NCBI GenBank assembly: GCA_964016885.1
Contig: OZ024742.1
Span: 261,330,001 to 261,394,000, forward strand
Reading direction: 5' to 3'
DNA length: 64,000 nucleotides
DNA from: Eledone cirrhosa
Lineage: Eukaryota
The first letter of the stretch is position 1. Each line of letters opens with the position of its first letter. Positions 12,371-23,956 of this stretch are shown in pieces. The notes under the pieces were generated by a model, which was given only the letters and a program-made list of their open reading frames with translations, was not told the origin of the DNA and made no database searches. The position numbers were made by a program, and so were the translations under genes.

Positions 12371-12639
12371 ATGGGCATTTCTCTGTTTGTCTCTCTGTCT
12401 GTCTGTCTGTCCTTCCCTAAAACTCAAATGTAGGTGCTACAGAAATATTACCTTCCCCTTCCTTTCTCCACTTTGGTACTACCAAGAGAAACACTGTCGC
12501 TATAGAAACATTACCTTCCTCTCTCCACTGACTTTGGTCACTGAGGCCGAGGGAATCGCTGGTTGCTATAGAGACTCCTTGCACAAGCCAGAAGTAACCA
12601 GTTCGAGGCGGTTCTGACTTGACACCATGCCAAGTCTGC

Positions 12640-13247
12640 TTATAATATATAATGGGCATTTCTCTGTTTGTTTGTCTGTCTGTCCGTCTGTAAAAAACGC
12701 CAAGGAAACAAATAGACGCGGTTTCAAATCTCTATGCTTTTCAAATTCATTACATTAATCTTTATTTATACGTTTCGCTTTACGAGTGTTTCGACTTACG
12801 AGCGTTTCGGTTTACGAGTGTTTCGGCTTATCATTATATATAAACGTTGCCTTTCATCCTTACGGGGTAGATAAAATAAAGTACCAGTAATACACTGGGT
12901 AATTGCTGGCCTTGTGCCAAAAGTAGAAACAATTATATATAAACGTTTCTATTTCCATCGTTTTATCGTAAACGTTTATATATTTCCATCGTTATATCAT
13001 AACGTTTATGTATCATAACGTTTATATTTCCGTCACTAATCTCTTTTTCTCCTTTTTCGTTTTAACATATATTTATTTCAAAGATTTCACGGTATAGATA
13101 ACATATATATTTATACATGAATAAAAGACACACCGAGAGACGGTGAACATGTGGTGCCGAAAACATTTCTCATCCAAATCTCAACAATATCAGTATATAC
13201 ACTAGATTTGTTAGCAGAAAACAGCCCACCGGGTGGTTTTCTGCTAG
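12640..13247 (+). mobile_element. Helitron-like element (SINE A fragment inserted at 12846-12936)
   Basis: TTATAATATATAATGGGC-(TGTC)n head; 3' palindrome TAGCAGAAAAC...GTTTTCTGCTAG ending CTAG at 13244-13247; 12690-12735 recurs inverted near 35975-36020. Confidence 0.55.
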
Positions 13248-13420
13248 TCTATATATATAAAATAGAGAATGTCTGTCTGTCTGTCTGTCTGTCTGTCCGC
13301 TCACTAAAACTCGAGAACCACCCAACTGATTGTTTTCAAACCTTACAGATGTAATACTTATGGTCATGTGAGTGTTTTGAGAAAATAAAATTTCAAATTT
13401 TCAATGCCCTAGCATTTAGC

Positions 13421-13513
<93 letters not shown>

Positions 13514-13630
13514 GTCTTTCTCTTTTTAGATAGATACATAGATATAACGTTGCGCCCTTATAATATCTGTCTGTATGTCTGGCTGTCTGCATTACGACAT
13601 TATGACGCGGTGTGTGTGTCTGTGTGTATA

Positions 13631-13707
<77 letters not shown>

Positions 13708-14104
13708 GTAACGTTTTTCGAAATATTTACTTCTGCGTTCACAGATTGATTTTTTAAATTTTAGTTTCAGACGATCTCGTTAAGGGTGAAAACAACGATT
13801 CTTTGCTTAAACTTTAATCTGTTATTTTAATATATATATATATATATATATTCGTGTACAGATATTTTTGCATACACAATAACAAAATGTAAACAAAAGT
13901 ATTTATTTCGCGGTAAAGTATTGCTTTTCTTCGCACGAAAAAAAAACCCCCTGGTAATCTACGATTATTAATCTACAGATATTTTTGCATACAGAATAAC
14001 AAAATATAAACAAACGTATTTATTTCACGAGACTCGATAAGGATAAATATATATCAAATATATAAGAAAAGCAAATCCCGAGCAACGCCGAGTCATTCTG
14101 CTAG
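13248..14104 (+). mobile_element. Non-autonomous Helitron
   Basis: TCTATATATATAAA start directly after the preceding CTAG, (GTCT)n, 3' CCCGAGCAACGCCGAG + CTAG|T; internal part matches 4261-4740. Confidence 0.85.
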
Positions 14105-15121
14105 TTATCACTAAAACTGCATCATTACTGCACCACAAACATCTCATTTCAGGACAACAAAAATAAATAAATAAATAAATAAATAAAATATATATATAAC
14201 TCCACACAAAAAGAAGAGAGTATTCGCATGGATTTTGTTTTTAGCAACGATATTTACTACTATCTACGTGGCCAACAGGTGGCGAATTGACAATGTCATT
14301 AGGGCATAAAAAGTACCTCGATATTTGTTGTCTCTCTGCGTTATAAATTCAAAACCTGCTGAGGTCAACTTTGTCGTACATTATATTTTCAAGGTCGATA
14401 AATAAAGTATCAGTCTAATGTGGGGTCTATTCCCCCTGATTCTCTTTATCTCTCCTCTTCTTTGTAAGAAATCGTGTTCAAACCTGGAGAGAGAGATGGG
14501 CTCCACCAGGTTTAAAATGTTCAAAACCCGCCATGTCATGACATGCTTCAGGACGGCACCGCATCAACTTCCTCGGGAGTTAAGATCCCTTTTATTTTAT
14601 TTTATTTTTTTACATAGCAGACACAAATATGAAGAAAAAGGAAAGCACTTTTCTAACTTTAACCGTGTCTCCAATTATATATTAAGTATAAGTGCATGTG
14701 AGTATATGATATTTGAGAGATCAAACGAACGGAACTACGTTCAAAGTGACATTCCTCTATTGAGACTTAATCTCGAAGCCATTATATGACACAAAGCGTG
14801 ATTACCAGACAGACATCCATATATACGCCAATCGTCGTAAATATACCCACAAATGCTTTTATAATAATGGAAAAATTGAATATTCCAAATAGATACAAAC
14901 GTGTTGTCATTAATATATTACTTTGGTATGCGTCTAAGTTAGCTGTAAACTAAATGTGTCCTCAACCATGAACTATGCCGGATTAATAGATATTGCATTG
15001 CATTATTACACACACACACACACATACACATACACACACACACATACACACACATTATACACACCACACAACACACACACATAAACATACACACCACATA
15101 AACACACAAATAGTGTGTATG

Positions 15122-15153
<32 letters not shown>

Positions 15154-15180
15154 TGTATGTATGTATGTATGTATGTATGT

Positions 15181-18100
15181 TCTTCTGGTTTTATAATTTC
15201 ACACATTTTTACCAATAGAGAGAGAGTCGGTTTCTAACATAGACACAAGACTCTCTCATTGGAATTTACACAACATCAACTAGGTAGATATGTCTGCATG
15301 CCTGCATGTGTAGATATGGATGTTATTGTATGTGTGGATGTGTATGTTTTGAGTTGTATGTGTGCATGTGTATATGCTTTGTATCTGTACATGTGTATAT
15401 GCAGTTATTAGATGCAGAATCTTTGGAATATTTTATATATTTTTACTGTTCCATTAATGGATTGTACTTGTAATTTCCTATTTAGTTGTGTTCTTTCTGT
15501 TCCTGTGAAGCCTAGCTTCTCAAGATTTGTATTGAGGCAGTTACTAACATATCCCAGTGCCCCAATAATCACAGGCATAAATCTGAAGGTGTAATCAGGG
15601 TGGAGTATCTGCAGATTTCTCATCAGTTCTGCATAAATATTCTCCTTTTCACTAATCTTTGATATTATATTGGCATCCGCTGGGCAGCTAACTTCCACTA
15701 CTGTGCATGCTTTCTTTTCCCTGCCCCATATCATAATATCTGGTCTGTTGGGGTTTTTACTGGAACATTCCACCAGTACTCTTTCATATATGTATATGGA
15801 TGTCTTCCATATTGCTGTAGCTTTTAATGTGTTTATTGTTGGGGCTATCTTTTCTACGGATTGCATTATACAGTGTTTTGGCCACTACATCATGCCTCAG
15901 GTAGATAGTTCCGCGATGACATCTTTGGACAGCTGCTGATGACATGGGTGACATCTTCGATGTTAATTCTGCAGAGTCTGCACTTGTTATCACATCTAGG
16001 TGTTTTGCCTGCATCCCTATCTCTTTTGTGAATCAGGTATTTCGTGTTAATTTCCTGTCACTGTTGATGTGGAAGTTTCCGGTGTTGTTTAGTACTTTTC
16101 GAGTTCTAACATCAACTGCTCGGATTTCGTCTATCGTCCAATTGAGTATTCCAAACGTTGGTGTTAGGACAGGCACGGCAAACACATTGTGAGCCACTGT
16201 TTTGTTTTGCGCAGAGAGTTCCGATGACCAAATCTTTCTTAATCGGGTGTAGTATTCCCTGGTTACATTTCTTTATTACAGATACCATTATAGGACATGT
16301 TCTCATCTATCCCCAAGTATCTGTAGCAGTCCTCATCAGATATCGGTGAAACAGTTAGGCCATTGATGACAATGTTGCTAGATTGGGTTGTTGTTTTCCC
16401 CGCTTTACAGTCATATATGAGCATTTATATTCCTATATCCTTTGAGAATGCTGTAACCAGGTCAAGATTTTTCTTCATCCCATCCATGTTCTTGGCATAG
16501 AGTTTCGGATCATCCACAAAGAAAATATGGGTTAGGTTCGTATTTCTGTCCTCCTGTGAGCCAATGATGTATCCTTCACATTTCTTGAGCAGAAAGGACA
16601 TGGGGTTTAATGACAGGATGAATAATATCACAGAGAGACTGTCTCCCTGAAATATACCCCTGCGATATTTTATTTTATCAGTGAAAATAGAGTCCTCCTT
16701 CTCTGTCTTTAACCTTAGGATAGTAGCCCAAGAAGAAGACAGCTTCTCTATGGCTCTGATAATAATGTCTGGGACTTTAGCAAATTGGAGGGCCTCTATC
16801 ATCCAAGAGTGGAAACAGAATCGAAAGCTTTCCTGTAGTCCAGCCAGACTGTAGCCATATTCCTCCTAAGTTGTCGCACCTCCGACCTTGCAGTTTTGTT
16901 GATTAGGAGTTGTTCAGCACATCCCCAAACCCCTTTCTTTTCAGCTGCTTGTTCATCTGTGATGATGTTATTATTTTCACAGTGATCTTGGAGGAATAGG
17001 TTCAGGCAGGCTGTATACATCTTATACATCAGGTTCTGGCATGCAATGGGTCGGTAGATTTTTGCCAAGTGGGTGTTTTTGTTCTTGGGGACCAGTAATG
17101 TTTATGCTAATGTCAACCATTCTGGTATAAGTGTATCTCCCTTAAGAACTTGTTGGTAGAGGTCAGTAAGATACCTCCGATAGAATATCAGTTTTTTTGT
17201 ACCAGTAGCCGAAAATCATGTCTCTTCTTGGTGTTTTCTTATCTTGGAATTTTCCTATCACAGTCTCAAGGGTACCCTCACTTATTTCGTATGTTTTTGT
17301 TGTAGTGTAGGAGCAATAGTTCTTTCGGATTTCTTTTAGCCACACTGCATCTTGGTTGAAATTCTTCTTTTCACCCTATATTTTTCTCCAAAAGGAATCT
17401 ATGTCTTTCTGGGATGGAGCCTCAGTGACACTTATTATTTTGCCCTTCATATCTCTATAGACTGATGTTTGGTTTCGTCTGAATCTTTTATTAAGCACTT
17501 TTCTTTCATCTACCTTCTTCAGATATCGGCGATTTTCGCTATCAGTTCTCAATTCTTGTTTGAGGGTGATCAGCTTATATTGAAGAGTTCTGGTTCTACT
17601 GTTACCAAACAACGTCTCTATTTTACTTTTCACTCTTTGTTGGTGAGGAATTAGGTTTGTTTGTGTTTGTTTGCATGTAAGGAATATTGTGACATATCCT
17701 ATGGTTTTTCGTAGGTCAGCAATCTTTTTTTCTATTTTAGTTATATATAATGGTATTTTTGGTGGTGTTTTGTTCTTGTTAATATCTCTGCTATCACCAA
17801 GATAATGCTTCACTGTCGTTGCTAAGGCATATTAGCAGGCGTTGGTTTAACAAAATGTTGGGGTTTTTATCCGTCGTAAATATTCATCCCCTATTTCGTC
17901 AATAACACGTAATATTTCATTATTCGTTTTTTTTTTTTTTTTATTAAATATTGTTGTTTTAATACGTTCAGCAAGAGAGATATTTATACATGAATTAATT
18001 CCTCTCTGGAAGATTTCGTTGAGGGAAATTTTCCATTGTTTATACTTTTGATTATTATCATTATCGATAGTATTTTCCACAATAGTCGAGGTAGACTCAG

Positions 18101-18870
18101 ATGGTACACGTAGTGTCAAATTTCTTCGATTATTATTATTATTTCTTCGATTATTATTATTATCGATAGTGTTTTCCCCAGTATTCGAGGTAGACTTAGA
18201 TGATACACGTGGTGTCAAGTTTCTTACAGGCATAGTTGTTTCAAGGCACTGTTCGACCTGGCTACTAGGAAGTCTAGTAGCATGGCAACCTGTAGCACGT
18301 GTGGTTGATTCCATGTTTGTTGTGGGGGACTTACAATTAATAATATTTATCTTATTTTTACGTTCAACAAACGTCGCTTGTTGGCGTAATTGTTTCGCTG
18401 TGAAGTGATTTAGCTCTGGGTGTATTTCGTCCCAGTGTAGCTTCATTCTGTTCATATAGCCAATGGAGGGATTGTTTTTTGCCATTTTATAACAATTAAA
18501 TAAATCATCATTAAGTTCGCAACTCCAAGAGAAATGCGCTTTACAATTTCGGTTTCTTCTGTAGCTACAACTGGATAAATTTTGTTTACCTTTCTCGTTT
18601 TTTTTTCTGTATTCCACTGATATTGTTGTTGTTGATGTTGTGTTCAGCCATGCTGTTTGTAGCAAATTCTTGTAAAATGAATTATGTATTTAGTCGGATA
18701 TCTCTACGAATTCGAATAAAAGGTGTCTTCAGTGGATATAGTTAGAAGAACATCGAGTTATTCAACATGACTGTAGTTGTGGCATTACTGTCGGAGATGG
18801 TATTCATCTTAAATTTAATAAATAGTCTCCCACGCCAAAATATGCGACTGATCGCGTTGACTGACTGACC
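15181..18870 (-). mobile_element. R4/Dong-like non-LTR retrotransposon (RT + restriction-like endonuclease), near full length, frameshifted
   Basis: YRPIACQNLMYK, WLDYRKAFDSV, RGIFQGDSLS, HIFFVDD; C-terminal RHDVVAK..RPDIMIW..VVEVSCP..EKENIY..PVIIGALG; (TATG)n on both flanks. Confidence 0.9.
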
Positions 18871-18944
18871 ATGTATGTATGTATGTATGTATGTATGTAT
18901 GTATGTATGTATGTATGTATGTATGTATGTATGTATGTATGTAT

Positions 18945-19558
18945 GTCAGGTTACCAGTTGGTGCTACTGGTAACATGTATCCCAGTACAACCTGTCTCAT
19001 GGTCGGGTCGTTGGCGACTAAACTGGCAACCCCACCAAGGTTTCTTGGTGAGGAGGGTGACTTTGGACATCCTGCAGGACTAAAAACAAAACCTGTCAAA
19101 GATCAAAAGGCAAAGGAGCTCTTAAGAGTCAATGGCCATCCAAAATCACCGGGAGAGATGACCCCTTAGCCTTTGTCAAGGCAGAATTCTAGGAGGAGTA
19201 AAACTCTGATATAACACCTGCAACCCTGATGGTATCCAATGATGTTGACTTGTTATTCTTTTTGGTAAATATCATCTTGGTTAAGAGAGTGGGACTGGCT
19301 TTGTGCAGTGCCTTTGCTCACTATAAAAGCTTCACGGCACAGGCATTGTTTTATATCTGGAGATCTCTCTGCACTTGTCGTTACATGGTACCATGGGCCC
19401 AGCACTATGTGTCAATAACTCACAGGTGTAGTGTTTGTACCAGAGTTTTCAAGTCGCTGGCTGGACTAAAAAGTCACACTTGTTTAGCGCATCGGTAGGG
19501 GTTCTCCTACATGGATATAAAGTAGTGGCCGTACTCGAAAACGAGTTGGCAGCCACCA
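18945..19558 (+). mobile_element. RTE-derived short non-autonomous retroelement (~610 bp), full length
   Basis: Flanked by (TATG)n; ends TGGCCGTACTCGAAAACGAGTTGGCAGCCACCATG(TATG)n like the RTE at 38530-39530; keeps a CSVC..FKSLAGLKSH zinc-finger remnant. Confidence 0.8.
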
Positions 19559-20477
19559 TGTATGTATGTATGTATGTATGTATGTATGTATGCATGTGTG
19601 TGTGTATGTATGTAAGTATGTGTGTGTATGTATGCATGTAAGTTTTTTTGGTTTTATAAGTTTATAAAGTTTTACCAATATAGAGAGAGACGTTTTCTAA
19701 CATAGACTCATTGGAATTTAGATATCAACTAGGTAAATATGTCTGCATGTCTGCATGCGTGTGTGTGCAGGTATGGATGTTATTGTATGTGTATGTTTTG
19801 AGTTATATCTGTGCATGAGAATATGCTTTGTGTCTGAACATGTGTGCATGCAGTTAACACCTGCCACCCTGATGGTATCCAATGATGTTGACTTGTTCTT
19901 CTTTTTGGTAAATATCATCTTGGTTAAGAGAGTGGGACTGGCTTTGTGCAGTGCCTTTGCTCACTATAAAAGCTTCACGGCACAGGCATTGCTTTATATC
20001 TGGAGATCTCTCTGCACTTGTCGTCACATGGTACCATGGGCCCAGCACTATGTGTCAATAACTCACAGGTGTAGTGTTTGTATCAGAGTTTTCAAGTCGC
20101 TGGCTGGACTAAAAAGTCACATTTGTTTAGCGCATCGGTAGGGGTTCTCCTACATGGATATAAAGTAGTTGCCGTACTCGAAAACGAGTTGGCAGCCACC
20201 ATGTATGTATGTATGCATGTGTGTGTGTATGTATGTAAGTATGTGTGTGTATGTATGTATGTAAGTTTTTTTGGTTTTATAAGTTTATAAAGTTTTACCA
20301 ATATAGAGAGAGACGTTTTCTAACATAGACTCATTGGAATTTAGATATCAACTAGGTAAATATGTATGCATGTCTGCATGCGTGTGTGTGCAGGTATGGA
20401 TGTTATTGTATGTGTATGTTTTGAGTTATATCTGTGCATGAGAATATGCTTTGTGTCTGAACATGTGTGCATGCAGT
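19212..20477 (+). repeat. Tandem duplication of a ~630-bp unit (19212-19854 / 19855-20477)
   Basis: Unit = 3' half of the RTE-derived element + microsatellite + R4-like 3' UTR; near-identical copies. Confidence 0.9.
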
Positions 20478-23400
20478 TATTAGATGCAGAATCTTTGGAA
20501 TATTTTATATATTTTTACTGTTCTATTAATGGATTGTACTTGTAGTTTCCTAAATAGTCGTGTTCTCTCTGTTTCTGTGCAGCCCAGCGTCTCAAGATTT
20601 TTATTGAGGCAGTTACTAACATATCCCAGTGCCCCAATAATCACAGGTATAAATCTGAAGGTATGGCCAGAGTGGAGTATCTGCAGATTTCTCATTAGTT
20701 CTGCATAAATATTCTCCTTTTCGCTAATCTTTAATATTATATTGGCATCCGCTGGGCAGCTAACTTCCACTACTGTGCATGCTTTCTTTTCCCTGTTCCA
20801 TATCATAATATCTGGTCTGTTATTCCTGAATTTTATTGGGGTTTTGACTGAAACATTCCACCAGTACTCTTTCATATTATGTATGTATATGACTTCCACA
20901 TTGCTATAACTATTAATGTGTTTATTGTCGGGGCTATCGTTTCTACGGATTATATTGTACAGTGTTTTGGTCACTACATCATGCCGCATGGGTCGATAGT
21001 ACCGTGATGGCATCTTTGGACAGCTGCTGATGACATGGGTGACATCTTCGATGTTAAATCTGTAGAGTCTGCATTTGTTGTCACATCTAGGTGTTTTGCC
21101 TGCATCCCTATCTCTTTTGTGAATCAGGTATTTTGTATTGATTTCCTGTTCTTTGATTGCAAAAGCATATCCTTCAAAGTAAGAGTCAATATAGCGATTG
21201 TTGGTCCAAGATAGACTACTTTGCTTGTCTATACTACTCTAACTCTGGAGATTCCTGACAACATATCCATGCATGATACTTTGCTGATAAGCATGCAGTC
21301 TTTCATTCATAGATTCGCTGCGGTATTGCTGGGCAATTTCCCTAGGTGGGAGTTTTTGATTATCGTGCAGAGAGTATCTTTCAAGGAGTTCCTTCCCAAC
21401 TCTCATGATCTTATCTGTCTCATGCAGACTTGCTCAATAGATGGGTTCCTACACTTGGTGATTCGTAGATGTCGGAGGGATATGATGCGATACTCAAATG
21501 CTGTCTGGACTGATGTTAGGCCTCTGCCTCACTGCTTATGTTTCAAGTAGAGGCGGTCTATGTCACTGTTGATGTGGAAGATCCCGGTGTTGGTTAGGAG
21601 TTTTCGCGTTTTAACATCAATATCTCGGATTTCGTTATCATCCAATCGATTATTCCAAAAGTTGGTGTTAAAAAGGCACAGCAAACACATTGTGAACCAC
21701 AGTTTTATTTTGCACAGAGATTTCAGATGACCATATTTTTCTTAACCGGGTGCAATATTCCCTGGTTAAGCGTTCCTTATTACAAATACCATTATAGGAT
21801 ATATTCTCATCTATCCCCAGGTATCTGTAGTAGTCCTCGTCAGATATCGGTGAAACAGTTAAGCTACTGATAAAAATGTTGCTAGATTGGCTTGTAGTTT
21901 TTTCCCCGCTTTACAATCATATATGAACATTCCTATATCCTTTGAAGATGACGTAACCAGGTCAAGATTTTGTTTCATCCCATTTACGTTCTTGGCATAT
22001 AGTTTCAGGTCATCCACAAAAAATGATGGGTTAGTTTCGTATGTCTATCCTTCTGTGAACCAATAATGTAACCTTCACATTTCTTGAGCAGAAAGGACAA
22101 GGGGTTTAATGACAGAATAAATAGCAGCATAGAGAGACTGTCTCCTTGAAATATACCCCTGTGATCTCTTATTTTGTCAGTGAAAATAGAGTCCTCATTC
22201 TCTGTTTTTAACTTTAGGATAGTAGCCCAAGGAGAATATAGGTTCTCTATGGCTCTGATAATTGTTTCTGTGACTTTAGAAAGTCGGAGTCAAATGCTTT
22301 CCTATAGTCGAGCCAGACTGTAACCATATTCCCCCTAAGGTATCGCACCTCTGACATCGCAGTCTTGTTAATAGGTGTTGTTCAGCACACCCCCAAACAC
22401 CTTTCTTCCCAGCTGCCTGCTCATCTGTGATGATGTTATTATTGCCACAGTGATCTTGGAGAAATAGATTCAGGCAGGCTGTATACATTTTATTCATTAG
22501 GTTCTGACATGCAATGGGTCAATAGTTTTTGCCAAGTGGGTGGGGGACCAATATTGTTTGTACTAATATCAACCACCCTTGTATATGTGCATCTCCGTTG
22601 AGAGCTTGCTGGTAGAGGTTGATACGATACATACGATAGAATGTCAATTTTTGTACCAGTAGCCGACAATCAAGTCTCTTCCTGGTGTTTTCTTATCTTA
22701 GTTTTCCTATCACAGTCTGAAGTGTATCATCATTTATTCTCTATGTTTTTGTTGTAGTGTAGGGGTAGTGCAGTTCTTTTGGATTTATTTTAGTCACACT
22801 GCATCTTGGCTGAATTTCTTCTTTTCACACTGTATTTTTCTCCAGAAGCAGTTTACGTCTTTCTGGGATGGAGCCGCAGTGACATTTATTACTTTGCCCT
22901 TCATATCTCTATAGACTGATGTTTGGTTTCGTCTGAATCTTTTATTAATTATTTTTCTTTTAACGACCCTCTTTTGGTATCGAAGTTTCTCGCTGACTGC
23001 TCTCAATTCTTGTTTGAAGGTGATCAGCTTATATCGAAGAGTTCTGGTTGTACTGTCACGAAACATCGTTTCTATTTTATTTTTAACTCTTTGTTGGTGA
23101 GGAGTGTAGATTTTTTGTTTGCATGTAAGGAGCATTGTCACATATCCTATAATTTTCTGTAGGTCAGCAATCTTTTTTCCTATTTTAGTAATATATGATG
23201 GTGGTTTTGGTGGTTTTTTGTTCTTATTAACAACTCTGTTATCACCAAGATAATGTTTCAATGTGGTTACCAGGGCATATAAACAGACGTTTATTTGCCA
23301 AAATGTAGGGGTTTTAAATTTGTCGTAACTATTAACCCCCCCCCCCCCCCATTTCATTATTTAGTTTTATTGCTGGCCTTGTGCCAAAAGTAGAAACAAT

Positions 23401-23620
23401 TATCTAGTTTCATTTTCTTTAGTACTGTTGTTTTATTAGGTTCCGCGAGAGAAATGTTTATACAGGAATTAATTTCGCTCTGGAAAGTTTCGCTGAGGGT
23501 ATATTCCAATTGTTTATTCGCTCGATTTTCCAAGTTAATGACAGATGTATTATTAACAGTGTTTTACACAACAGTCGAGATAGAATCAGTTGATTCATGT
23601 GTTGTCAAATTTCTTATCGG
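20262..23620 (-). mobile_element. R4/Dong-like LINE, second copy, 5'-truncated and degenerate
   Basis: RLE ORF 20480-21013 homologous to 15408-15866; RT remnants (EQAAGKKGVWGCAEQ); same 3' UTR. Confidence 0.9.
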
Positions 23621-23629
23621 CTATGTATG

Positions 23630-23681
<52 letters not shown>

Positions 23682-23692
23682 TACATATGTAT

Positions 23693-23919
23693 GTTCTTCT
23701 GGTTTTATAATTTCACAAATTTTTTTCCCAATAGAGAGAGTCGGTTTCTAACATAGACACAAGACTCTCTCATTGGAATTTACACATCAACTAGGTAGAT
23801 ATGTATGCATGTCTGCATGCATGCATGTGTAGATATGGATGTGTATGTTTTGAGTTGTATGTGTCCATGTGTATATGCTTTGTATCTGTACATGTGTATA
23901 TGCAGTTATTAGATGCACA
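23693..23919 (-). mobile_element. R4/Dong-like LINE, 3' UTR-only copy
   Basis: Closely matches 15181-15415, including the terminal codons. Confidence 0.85.
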
Positions 23920-23956
23920 TTTTTTTTATGTATGTATCTATCTATCTATCTATCTA

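Noticed and set aside
12775-13030. Short repeats with variable spacing resembling a CRISPR array
   Set aside because: Degenerate tandem repeats inside a Helitron-like element; no unique spacers, no cas genes, eukaryotic context.
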